From an uncultured Clostridia bacterium (GTDB taxonomy: Bacteria; Bacillota; Clostridia; Oscillospirales; Oscillospiraceae), in contig CALLZZ010000575.1 in NCBI GenBank assembly GCA_937858235.1, forward strand, positions 11,268 through 75,267: DNA of 64,000 nt, given 5' to 3'. Numbering within the stretch: position 1 is the stretch's first letter; every line of letters begins with the position of its first letter. This document shows, one piece after another, positions 1 through 9,031 of the stretch. A model generated the notes under the pieces. That model was not told the origin of the DNA and did not search any database. It was given only the letters and a program-made list of their open reading frames with translations. Position numbers and translations under genes: made by a program.

Positions 1-799
1 ACCTTTGGCAGGGATAGGAGCCGCTTTTGCCGCCGGGTGTGTGGCTGGTTCGGTAACTGCTCTGCTCCACACCAAACTAAAGATTCAGCCTTTGCTGGCC
101 GGTATTCTGGTTATGCTGGGGCTTTACTCCATCAATTTAAAGGTAATGGGCAATAAACCCAACATCCCTTTGCTTAATAAAACTACCGTATTCGATATGT
201 TTGAAACCGTGCTGGAAAACACTAGAGCGGCCGATTATTCCCATCTGATTTTGCCTACGGTGATACTTCTGATTATTTTGATTATGTTGTTTTTATTCCT
301 GAAAACCAAGTTTGGTTTCGTTTTGAGGGCGACCGGTGACAATGAGCAAATGGTCCGCGCCCTGGGAGTCAACACCGATTTTACCATACTTATAGGGCTG
401 GCTTTAGCCAACGGTCTGGTTTCTCTGTCCGGAGCCCTGCTGGCCCAGTATCAAACCTTTACTGATATCAGCATGGGAATTGGTATGGTAATCATCGGGC
501 TGGCTTCGGTCATCATTGGTGAAGTAATCTTTGGGAGCAGGCCTTTATTACGAAGACTCATTGCGGTTATACTGGGTGCCATACTTTACCGTCTGATTAT
601 AGCTTTTGCATTGGAAATGGGAATGCCGCCCACCGACCTCAAACTGGTTTCGGCGGTAATTGTTGCTCTTGCCATGGCCATGCCGGTCATCAAAGGACAT
701 ATGATTTCGCTTAAAAAGAAGATAATGCCGGTATTAACAAGATATTTAATGTTACTTAAGAAGAGGAGAAGCGGGAATAAGCAAGGAGGTCAGGCATAA
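1..799 (+). CDS. ABC transporter permease (COG4120-like), 5' end outside window
   Basis: Multi-TM protein with LRATGDN motif; stop overlaps the ATG of the ATPase. Confidence 0.85.
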   Translation, partial: PLAGIGAAFAAGCVAGSVTALLHTKLKIQPLLAGILVMLGLYSINLKVMGNKPNIPLLNKTTVFDMFETVLENTRAADYSHLILPTVILLIILIMLFLFLKTKFGFVLRATGDNEQMVRALGVNTDFTILIGLALANGLVSLSGALLAQYQTFTDISMGIGMVIIGLASVIIGEVIFGSRPLLRRLIAVILGAILYRLIIAFALEMGMPPTDLKLVSAVIVALAMAMPVIKGHMISLKKKIMPVLTRYLMLLKKRRSGNKQGGQA

Positions 800-1593
800 T
801 GCTTACAATTTCCAATATCAGCAAAATTTTTGGCCAGGGTACTACCAATGAGAATCTGGCTATTGATGATTTAAGCCTGACGCTGGAGGATGGCGAGTTT
901 GTAACTATCATAGGCGGCAACGGCGCCGGCAAGACCACCTTGCTTAATTGTATTGCCGGGGTTTGTGCTATAGATAAGGGCAAAATCATGCTTGACAGCA
1001 TGAATGTGACCTTCTGGCCCGAGTATAAACGGTCCCGCTATCTGGGCCGCGTATTTCAAAACCCCCTGCTGGGTACGGCTTTTGATATGACCATCGAAGA
1101 AAATCTAGCCATTGCTTACGCCAAGGGTAAGCCCCGGGGGCTCAGACCCGGTATCGGTAAAGCCGATGCTAAAATGTTCCGGGAGTGTTTGGCTGAGCTG
1201 CAATTAGGATTGGAAGACCGCATGGGGAACAAGGTAGGACTCCTTTCGGGCGGACAGCGCCAGGCTCTGACCTTGCTTATGGCTACCATTGTGAAGCCGA
1301 AACTTTTGCTTCTGGATGAGCACACGGCTGCATTGGACCCGTCCATAGCCAAAAAAGTGCTGCAATTGACCCGGGATATCGTAGCTGAACACAAATTGTG
1401 CACCCTGATGGTGACCCATAATATGAAAGCAGCATTGGAGTTCGGCAGCCGAACAATTATGATGCACCAGGGAAAAATAATGCTCGATATTAAAGGCCAG
1501 GAAAGAGAAAACATGACGGTGGAAAGATTGATTGAACAATTCGGACACCAGAGTGGTACGGAGCTGGATAATGACCGGATGCTGTTGAGCTAG
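799..1593 (+). CDS. ABC transporter ATP-binding protein (COG1101-like)
   Basis: GGNGAGKT, LSGGQRQ, LLLLDEHTAALD. Confidence 0.92.
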   Translation: MLTISNISKIFGQGTTNENLAIDDLSLTLEDGEFVTIIGGNGAGKTTLLNCIAGVCAIDKGKIMLDSMNVTFWPEYKRSRYLGRVFQNPLLGTAFDMTIEENLAIAYAKGKPRGLRPGIGKADAKMFRECLAELQLGLEDRMGNKVGLLSGGQRQALTLLMATIVKPKLLLLDEHTAALDPSIAKKVLQLTRDIVAEHKLCTLMVTHNMKAALEFGSRTIMMHQGKIMLDIKGQERENMTVERLIEQFGHQSGTELDNDRMLLS

Positions 1594-1665
1594 TTAATTC
1601 AGCTCTCAGTACTCGCAGGCGGTTCTTATGCTTGGCTTTTAGAAAATGATTTGCCTATGGAGGCC

Positions 1666-1873
1666 GGCGGTGAGGCATAGCCCGTTTGCTCCATGCTCCG
1701 GCAGTGGAAACACCAACGGCTCATTGCGCGGCTGATGGGGCACCGCTCCTATTCACATCCGTGTTCAGAGTCGCGCTCGCGGCGTCCATGCCGCTCGGCC
1801 CCATCCTCCGCTCAATTTCGCCGGGTGTTTCTCACCGCCTCCGCAAGTCGCGCCCTGACTATACCCCACCGCC
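1666..1873. repeat. GC-rich nested-palindrome element (MITE/REP-like or structured RNA)
   Basis: Nested arms 1666-1680/1859-1873, 1700-1714/1824-1839, 1734-1741/1798-1805; inner hairpins 1754-1763 and 1779-1794. Confidence 0.65.
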
Positions 1874-1898
1874 TACCGCCGGGAATAAGTTTTATAGC

Positions 1899-1930
1899 AA
1901 AGGCTGGAAGAAATCAATCTTCCAGCCTTT
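1899..1930. terminator. Bidirectional intrinsic terminator
   Basis: AAAGGCTGGAAGA/TCTTCCAGCCTTT 13-bp stem between convergent genes. Confidence 0.8.
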
Positions 1931-1946
1931 ATTTGTTTGACCGCTT

Positions 1947-3014
1947 TTAATTGGGAACAAAAAAGACATCTCCTGGGTCTATGTATATATTGACGGGCGG
2001 TGGGAGATTTTTAATTATATCCCGTTGATCTTTGCTCACTTCCCATTGAATATGAAAATCACCCAATTTACCTGGTTGGGATCCGATTTTGAGATAAAGC
2101 GTAGTGCGAAACGGTGCTTCGCTTTCCTCTGTGATCCATACGGGAAAACAGTTTTCCCGGCTGATGTCATCCGCCAATTTTATATGATTTGCTCTTATGC
2201 CGGTAAAGCCTTGCTCTTGCTCGATCTTCATGTTGGTTTTGACCTGTATGCCCCAATCCGGGACCTCAACCATATGCTCCGATTTGCGAACGGCTGGGGC
2301 AATATTTTTGCATCCCGTGATTTTGGCTGTTTCCAGTGACGCCGGACTTTGAAATATTTCTTTCTTCAAGCCTAACGTCTCGACCCTGCCGGCATTTAAC
2401 ACCGCGATACGGTCGCACAGGCGATAGGCCTCCTCTATATTGTGGGTAACAAACAGGGTGTTTCCTTGAAATTCGTGGAGTGAGACCAGCATTTCCTTCA
2501 TCATGTGAACTTTCAGGTGATTATCCAGGGCGGAAAAAGGCTCGTCCAGCAGCAGAAGCTCGGGTTCAACCGCCAGTGCCCGAGCCAGCGCCACGCGCTG
2601 CTGCTGCCCTCCTGAGATTTGAGCCGGATAGCGTTTTTCCATACCGGCCATATGAAACCGTTCCATCAATTCGACTACTTTTTTATTTTTATCTGATTTG
2701 GATAATGCGTCCAGACCAAAAGCAATATTTTCAGCAATCGTCAGGTGAGGGAACAGAGCATAATTTTGAAACAGGAAACCGGCCTTCCTATCTCTCGGCG
2801 CCAAATTTATTTTTTGAGTGGAATCGTAAAAGGTTTTTTCGTTCAGGATGATTTTGCCTTCGTCAGGATTGATCAGCCCGGCAATACAGTTCAAAAGCAT
2901 GCTCTTTCCTGAACCGGAAGCACCCAATATCCCAATGATGCCTTGCTCGCAGGCCAGCTTGGCCTGTAAACTGAAGCCGGGCAGCTTTTTTTTGATGTCT
3001 ATATATAATCCCAT
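1947..3014 (-). CDS. modC: Molybdate ABC transporter ATP-binding subunit
   Basis: GASGSGKS, ISGGQQQR; follows modB; ATG 3014 after GGAGG. Confidence 0.88.
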   Translation of the reverse strand: MGLYIDIKKKLPGFSLQAKLACEQGIIGILGASGSGKSMLLNCIAGLINPDEGKIILNEKTFYDSTQKINLAPRDRKAGFLFQNYALFPHLTIAENIAFGLDALSKSDKNKKVVELMERFHMAGMEKRYPAQISGGQQQRVALARALAVEPELLLLDEPFSALDNHLKVHMMKEMLVSLHEFQGNTLFVTHNIEEAYRLCDRIAVLNAGRVETLGLKKEIFQSPASLETAKITGCKNIAPAVRKSEHMVEVPDWGIQVKTNMKIEQEQGFTGIRANHIKLADDISRENCFPVWITEESEAPFRTTLYLKIGSQPGKLGDFHIQWEVSKDQRDIIKNLPPPVNIYIDPGDVFFVPN

Positions 3015-3015
3015 G

Positions 3016-3702
3016 TTATTTCCTCCCGGCGCCAAGTTTTAATTTGCTTTGGGCGCTATTCCAATAATTCATCAATACAATGACGGTCAGGGAAATAGCC
3101 AGAATAATCAGTACCCAGATTAAGGCGACTCTCATGTCACCGCCCAGGGTGGCGAAATAAATAGCAATTGGTATCGTCTGCGTTTGGCCGGGAATACTTC
3201 CTGCCACCATCAGGGTGGCACCAAATTCGCCCATTGACCTGGCAAAGGAAAGAGCGGTGGCGGCTGCTATGCCGGGCCAGGCCAGGGGGACTGATACGCG
3301 CCAGAATACCTTCCATTCTGAAACGCCCAAAGTCCTGGCGGCATTGAGAATATTGGCATCGATTTGTTCGAAAGCACCTCTCGAAGTTTTATACATCAGG
3401 GGAAATGCGACTACTACTGATGCGATGACTGCCGCATACCACGAAAAAATTATATTTACGCCGAACAGGTTCAGAAATTTGCCTACCGGGCCATGTTTAC
3501 CGATCAATAATAGGATGCCAAAACCTGCCACGGTTGGAGGGAGGACAAGCGGCAGGGTGAAGATTCCGTCCAGCAATCCCTGCCACCTGCCTCTGTAATT
3601 GGTCATCCACCATGCTATGGAAAGTCCCAGAAAAAAGACGATGATAGTTGCGATAAAAGTTACTTTGATAGAAATCCATGCCGGGGATAAATCAAAATTC
3701 AT
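3016..3702 (-). CDS. modB: Molybdate ABC transporter permease
   Basis: LPLVLPPTVAG, FARSMGEFGAT motifs. Confidence 0.93.
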   Translation of the reverse strand: MNFDLSPAWISIKVTFIATIIVFFLGLSIAWWMTNYRGRWQGLLDGIFTLPLVLPPTVAGFGILLLIGKHGPVGKFLNLFGVNIIFSWYAAVIASVVVAFPLMYKTSRGAFEQIDANILNAARTLGVSEWKVFWRVSVPLAWPGIAAATALSFARSMGEFGATLMVAGSIPGQTQTIPIAIYFATLGGDMRVALIWVLIILAISLTVIVLMNYWNSAQSKLKLGAGRK

Positions 3703-3733
3703 GGCGATTACTCCATAACTTTATTTAAAACAT

Positions 3734-4867
3734 TTATAAAACTTCAAAACCATATTTATCAAAAACGGCTTTAGCTTTAGCTGAGGTCAGGAAATTCAGG
3801 AAATCCCTTGAAGCAGTATAATTATTGGTTGATTTAATAAGCGCTGCCGGGTATACAATAGGGGTATGAGACGCTTCCGAGGCGGTTGCGATAGTAGTGA
3901 CTTTAGTTGAAATTTTGGCATCGGTCAGGTATACTACGCCTGCATCAACATTGCCGGTCTCGACCCAGTTCAGTACTTGCTTAACATCCTGGGCATAGAC
4001 TACTTTTGCTTTTACTTTATCCATAATGTTCAGGTAGGTAAACACATTTTCGGCATACTTCCCGGCGGGAACAGTTTGGGGTTCTCCCAAAGCAATCTTC
4101 TTAATGGAAGAATCGGATGCTACAACGGAAAAACTACTGTTGACCGGGACTTTTGAGCCAATGGGGACAACCAGGACGAGTTTGTTGCCCAGCACGTTCC
4201 TTACCGTGTTGTCAATTAAAAGGCCTTTATTCTTTAAAGTATCCATGTTAGAGGTAGCGGCGGAGAAAAATAGATCAACATCCGCACCCTGCTCGATTTG
4301 TTTTTGCAATGTACCTGATCCTGCGAAGTTGATAGTCAGGGTTGTCTTGGGTTTTTCTTGCAGATATAAGTCTTTTACCTCGGTTAATGCATCTTTTAAG
4401 CTTGCTGCCGCAGCTATAGTCAGATTGACTTTGGTGGTGATATCGGCGGCGATAGTACCATCTTTGGCCGTGGCACTGACTCCGTACCCCATGGCATTGG
4501 CTATCGACCTTACCGGAATATAAATCCGGCCGTTTTGGTTGACTGCCGTTGTGTCCATGGTAATAGTTCCATAAGCGGTAGTGATTTCATTTGAACCCAT
4601 TTTGACCTTGATCGTTCCATCAATTATGGCGGTTTGGGTATTTTGGTCCCAGGAAACTTTTGCCCCGAGTTTTTCCGCAATAACCCGGATGGGCGCTTGC
4701 AGCCGGTTGGCTGAATCGATAAAAGGGGTTCCATACGCAGACGAAATTGAAATAGGATTGCCGTCAAAGGAAACGATTGGTTTGGTTGCCGCTGATGCCG
4801 GAATGGACATACCAAAAAGTAATGCCAGCATAGTGCTCAACACTAACAATTTTTTAAACAGTTTCAC
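3734..4867 (-). CDS. modA: Molybdate-binding protein with N-terminal copper-amine-oxidase-N (stalk) domain
   Basis: AAASL, FAGSGTL, VPAGKYA, GVVYLTDA; N-terminal PIRVIAEKLGAKVSWD; Sec signal without lipobox. Confidence 0.88.
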   Translation of the reverse strand: MKLFKKLLVLSTMLALLFGMSIPASAATKPIVSFDGNPISISSAYGTPFIDSANRLQAPIRVIAEKLGAKVSWDQNTQTAIIDGTIKVKMGSNEITTAYGTITMDTTAVNQNGRIYIPVRSIANAMGYGVSATAKDGTIAADITTKVNLTIAAAASLKDALTEVKDLYLQEKPKTTLTINFAGSGTLQKQIEQGADVDLFFSAATSNMDTLKNKGLLIDNTVRNVLGNKLVLVVPIGSKVPVNSSFSVVASDSSIKKIALGEPQTVPAGKYAENVFTYLNIMDKVKAKVVYAQDVKQVLNWVETGNVDAGVVYLTDAKISTKVTTIATASEASHTPIVYPAALIKSTNNYTASRDFLNFLTSAKAKAVFDKYGFEVL

Positions 4868-5041
4868 AATATTCCTCCTTTTGTTTCAATTTCAATAATT
4901 AGCTACCATATAACAACCTTTATTATCACCTCGCTTTAAACAGTTACCCGGCAGGATTCGACTGCAAAACAAAACTAAACAAAAAAAGAACAAAAGTAAT
5001 TACATGATCAGACAAAAACTAACTTAAAATAACTTATTAAT

Positions 5042-5070
5042 ATGTTAAATTAAGATGCAATTACTGTCAA
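5042..5070 (-). promoter_or_regulatory. sigma-A promoter for modABC
   Basis: TTGACA-17 nt-TAACAT on the minus strand. Confidence 0.55.
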
Positions 5071-5122
5071 TGATGGTGGCCTAATACATGAAAGGAATTA
5101 ATAACTATACCTGAAAAAAGAT

Positions 5123-5497
5123 TTGGAGATTTGGGTGGCCGATAAACAGGAGGAAATGATCCGGACTATAGAAGCTAAGATGAAAAGCAGGACATGCAGT
5201 GAATGGACAGAATTCTTCGCGGATGACGATATTTGTTTTGCTCCCGTTCTGAATCTGCAGGAGATGAGTGAGCACCCCCAGGTAAAAGCCAGAAATATGA
5301 TAATGACGGTGGAGAATTTTAAAGATACCGGAAAAGACCTGATGATTATGGGGAACCCCATAAAATTATCAGATACTCCGGCCATAGTTAAAAATAAATT
5401 TGCCGAAATAGGACAAAACACGGACGAAATTTTACAGCAACTGGGGTATAGCCGGGATGCCATTGACCGGCTCAGAGCCGAGAAAGCCATTAAATAG
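5123..5497 (+). pseudogene. C-terminal fragment of CaiB/BaiF family III CoA-transferase
   Basis: HPQVKARNM, NPIKLSDTP, IGQNTDEILQQLGYS; N-terminal two thirds absent, no clear RBS. Confidence 0.75.
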
Positions 5498-5517
5498 CTA
5501 AACCAGTCTTTGCAAAT

Positions 5518-5550
5518 AGAGTACGGGCCCGGGCTCGTACTCTGGTCTTT
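5518..5550 (+). terminator. Hairpin/terminator
   Basis: AGAGTACGGGC...GCTCGTACTCT followed by T-rich tail. Confidence 0.5.
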
Positions 5551-5636
5551 TCTGCTTTGAAAGCGGGCCTTAAGGGCCTGCCCTACCAGATCCGGGATGC
5601 CTGTGTTCGCACAGACCTTTTGCAGAGAGCTGAAAA

Positions 5637-6113
5637 CTAGCCAAATTTGGGAGGAAGAGTCTTATTGGCTGACCTTGCTATCTGGTCGATGGTTTGCAAT
5701 CCTCTGGTCAGCAATAATTTGGAATGGCCATAGGCCAGAATCTTACTGTTTTCATCAGCGATAGTGGCTTCGGCCAGGCCGATCGTAGTACCGCATTTAA
5801 CCCGCTCCCCAATGATGGTCAGTTCACCCGCCTTAACCGAAGCCAGATTGCTCACATTCACATCCAGGGTAATTAACCCGGTATTCTCGTCTAATTCACC
5901 ATATACGGCCCAATAGCCGGCCGCATCAATCAAAGATGCATAAACTCCGCCCTGAACTACTCCATAAGGGGACAGATGCCGGATAGATATATTCATTTTG
6001 AGTAAGGAATATCCGATTTTAATATCCTCCAATGTCATAGCCAGCAGTTGGAAATAAGGGCTTGAATTGACCAGTTTCATTAATTGCTCCACGTGTTGGC
6101 GGTTTAGCTTCAA
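5637..6113 (-). CDS. PaaI-family hotdog thioesterase
   Basis: SPYGVVQGGVYASLID motif; SD AGGAGG with TTG start. Confidence 0.88.
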   Translation of the reverse strand: MKLNRQHVEQLMKLVNSSPYFQLLAMTLEDIKIGYSLLKMNISIRHLSPYGVVQGGVYASLIDAAGYWAVYGELDENTGLITLDVNVSNLASVKAGELTIIGERVKCGTTIGLAEATIADENSKILAYGHSKLLLTRGLQTIDQIARSANKTLPPKFG

Positions 6114-6495
6114 ATTATTCCCCTCCTGTTAAATTAATTATGCTGCTCTGATGAAATTATCACCTGCCCCAAAATATTTTTACTTTAAACAGGATGTTGG
6201 CTGCCTGGTTATGCTGCAAAGTCTACCAGCATGGATTACGGCAGTACTCCGGTTTATCACCGCATGCGGTTACAGGGTGAACCGGTTCTGTTTGCTTTAT
6301 CTTCTGCTCTTGCGGATCAAAATGCGGGCTTCCTGCTTTTAGCAGAAGGTTTAAACGGTTGTTTCAGCCCGGATGTAAAGCTATAATGGACTCGTTATTG
6401 CAATTAGAATCGATATATTGTAATATGCATACAAAATTAGCAATATATATAATCGCATCTACACATATTGAATCAATAGATGAGGAGTGGTTGTA

Positions 6496-7335
6496 ATGAG
6501 CATCAAGATTATTACCGATAACTGCTGCGACCTGCCCCGGGAGTTACTGGATAAATATGGTATTACGGTTGTGCCGTTAGGAGTGAGATTTGGAGACGAA
6601 ATAATTCCTCCCGGTGAATTTGATAATAAGGCGTTTTATATAAGAATGCAGCAATCTGACTGCTTGCCCAGTACTAACCAGCCTGCCCCGGGAGATTTTC
6701 TAGCAGAATATAATAAAGCATTGGAAAATAATCAGGAAGTGATCAGTATACACCTTTCTTCCGGTATATCAGGAACTGTACAGGCTGCCACCCTGGCGGC
6801 AGGAATGGTCCAACAGGGTGAAATCCATGTGGTAGATACACTGAAGGCGTCAGTGGGGCAGGGGTTATTGGTATTGGAAGCGGCCCGTTGGGCTGCCCGC
6901 GGTGAGAAAGTGGCTGCCATTCTTCAGCGTCTGGAGGAAATGAAACGGCATTTGCGCTGTGTTTTTGTGGTGGGAAATCTGGATGCCTTAATAAAAGGTG
7001 GCCGTTTATCCCGGGTCAAAGCCCTGGTAGCAGTAAAACTGGACATCAAACCCGTTCTGCACATGGACCCGGAAGGGAAAATTGTTCCCCTTGACCGTGC
7101 TCGCGGACACAAAGGTTCTCGCAAAAGGCTGTTGGAGATTATGGAAAGCCTGGGTTCCGATCTTGAGCGTCAGACGATAGGAATCTGCCACAGTGCCTGC
7201 CTGGAAGATGCTGAATATTTGAAACAGGCTATTAACGATCGCTTTGGCTCCCGGGAGGTTATCATTGGGGAAATCGGTCCGGTCATTGGTTCACATGTAG
7301 GTCCGGGAACCTTCTCGGTTTTTTTCGAGGACTAA
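6496..7335 (+). CDS. degV: DegV family fatty-acid binding protein
   Basis: IITDNCCDL, HLSSGISGT, KGGR, IGSHVGPG. Confidence 0.92.
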   Translation: MSIKIITDNCCDLPRELLDKYGITVVPLGVRFGDEIIPPGEFDNKAFYIRMQQSDCLPSTNQPAPGDFLAEYNKALENNQEVISIHLSSGISGTVQAATLAAGMVQQGEIHVVDTLKASVGQGLLVLEAARWAARGEKVAAILQRLEEMKRHLRCVFVVGNLDALIKGGRLSRVKALVAVKLDIKPVLHMDPEGKIVPLDRARGHKGSRKRLLEIMESLGSDLERQTIGICHSACLEDAEYLKQAINDRFGSREVIIGEIGPVIGSHVGPGTFSVFFED

Positions 7336-7431
7336 ATCGCCCAATCCCTTCCGTTTGTTACCGCTTTGTAACCACTTCACCGAAACCAGGTCTTATAATT
7401 AGGTAAAGGACAAACGAAAGGAATTGGTATT

Positions 7432-8553
7432 ATGAAAAAGAAATCACTGCGGAGGAATTTGTCTTCATTGTTAGTGGCGGCTTTTATTTTAATGAATGCG
7501 TCCGGACCTGCAACGGCAGCTGCAACGAGCAAGGATGCGGGAGATATCATTAAGATAAAACTTAATGATAAGTATCTGGTTACCGATACCGCTCCCATCA
7601 TAGAAAATGGGGTCACTCTGGTACCGGTCAGAATGATTTCTGAAGCATTGGGAGCCGCCGTAAACTGGAACGATCAGAATCGTTCCATCACGATTAAGAC
7701 TAAAGATGATGGCGAAATACTGCTTAGTATTGGCAGTCCAGAGGCTACTGTCAGCAGCAAAGCCGGTTCCAGGGCAGAGCGGATGGGAACGGCGCCTTTC
7801 CTTAAAGATGGCAGGACCATGGTACCCTTGCGGTTTATCGCTGACCAATTAGGCATGAATGTGAACTGGGATAACTCCAGCCGTACTATATCTATTACCG
7901 GCAGTAAAACTGAAAACATGCCAGACAGCGTAAAGGTCAGCAGCAAAGTCATAGAAAACCAAACGGAAGTTTCTGTGGTGAAAATGACTATCCCTCAAAT
8001 AGAGGGGATGAAAGAGAAGCAGGTCCAGGACAGCCTTAATAATAATTTTGAAAAGCAGGCTTTACAATTCCAAGAGGACACCTTGGCCGGGCTGGATGAG
8101 TATGTAAAAGAATGCCAAAAGGAAGGTTGGCCTATCCGGGCCTATGAAGCCGTGGCGGACTACCAGGTTACTTACAGCGGAAATGATGTGCTTAGTCTCT
8201 ATGTAGACTACTACGCTTATACCGGCGGGGCCCACGGTTCAACCGACCGGGTGGCATCAACCATAGATCTGAAGACCGGGAAAGAATTGCAGTTAAAAGA
8301 TTGGTTTAAATCAGGGGACGATTATGAGAAAATTATAAATACGGCCATCAAACAACAAATGCAGCTCGACCCAGACCAATACTTCCCCGAAACCTTGAAG
8401 GAATGGCAGGGCATTTCGGAGAATCAGCCTTACTATATTGAAGATGGTAATCTGGTCGTATATTTTGCTCAATATGAAATTGCTCCCTATTCCAGTGGGA
8501 TTCTCGAATTCAAGATTCCACTCGCAAATGGCTCTCTGGAAGCAGGGGCGTAA
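7432..8553 (+). CDS. Secreted stalk (CuAO-N) + DUF4163/DUF3298 (PdaC/RsiV-like) protein
   Basis: Signal peptide, VPVRMISEALGAAVNW, YTGGAHG, YEIAPYSSG. Confidence 0.82.
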   Translation: MKKKSLRRNLSSLLVAAFILMNASGPATAAATSKDAGDIIKIKLNDKYLVTDTAPIIENGVTLVPVRMISEALGAAVNWNDQNRSITIKTKDDGEILLSIGSPEATVSSKAGSRAERMGTAPFLKDGRTMVPLRFIADQLGMNVNWDNSSRTISITGSKTENMPDSVKVSSKVIENQTEVSVVKMTIPQIEGMKEKQVQDSLNNNFEKQALQFQEDTLAGLDEYVKECQKEGWPIRAYEAVADYQVTYSGNDVLSLYVDYYAYTGGAHGSTDRVASTIDLKTGKELQLKDWFKSGDDYEKIINTAIKQQMQLDPDQYFPETLKEWQGISENQPYYIEDGNLVVYFAQYEIAPYSSGILEFKIPLANGSLEAGA

Positions 8554-8732
8554 ATCTTTAAAGCCCCCATACCGGGCCTTGAACCGTAGCAGGCCCTACG
8601 GCCCGACGTCAGGAAGGGCCTCAGGGCCGGTTGTGGATTTCTCCCATGTTATGCTTATGTACTGGCCCACGGTTTTATCTCGGGCAATCTGAAAGATAAT
8701 CCTGTATTTACCGTAATAATTAACAGTGAACT

Positions 8733-9007
8733 GAGAGTTTTGCATAATTCCCAAAACCCTATTTGTCATTGCTATGAATAACGTTTTTTTGTCATCCTGA
8801 ACGTAGTGAAGGATCTTTCCATCTCGGAGACTGCAAGATCCTTCACTATGTTCAGGATGACATACTATTCGTTTATTGTGGTGCGGACATCGCGTGATAA
8901 TTCTGAGGCAAAGCCTAAGAATCTTAAGATCCTTCGGCTTTGCCTCAGGATGACATGCGCAAAGTTACTGTTTAATCATAGGAAAAAGTTAATTATGCAA
9001 AACTCTC
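8733..9007. mobile_element. 275-bp MITE with 17-bp TIRs, 4-bp TSD and internal REP-like hairpins
   Basis: GAGAGTTTTGCATAATT 8733-8749 and its perfect inverse 8991-9007; AACT duplicated at 8729-8732 and 9008-9011; hairpins 8790-8862 and 8900-8951. Confidence 0.8.
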
Positions 9008-9031
9008 AACTATATAGAAGGAGTGGTAAAT

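Noticed and set aside
1686-1950. Track ORFs 1686-1940 and 1693-1950
   Set aside because: No RBS; by-products of the GC-rich palindrome
4868-5040. Moco riboswitch or ModE box upstream of modA
   Set aside because: AT-rich leader with no recognisable multi-stem fold; only a half ModE-like match
5504-5632. Second MITE with CAGTCTTTGCAAA-like ends
   Set aside because: Ends imperfect and gapped, no clean TSD
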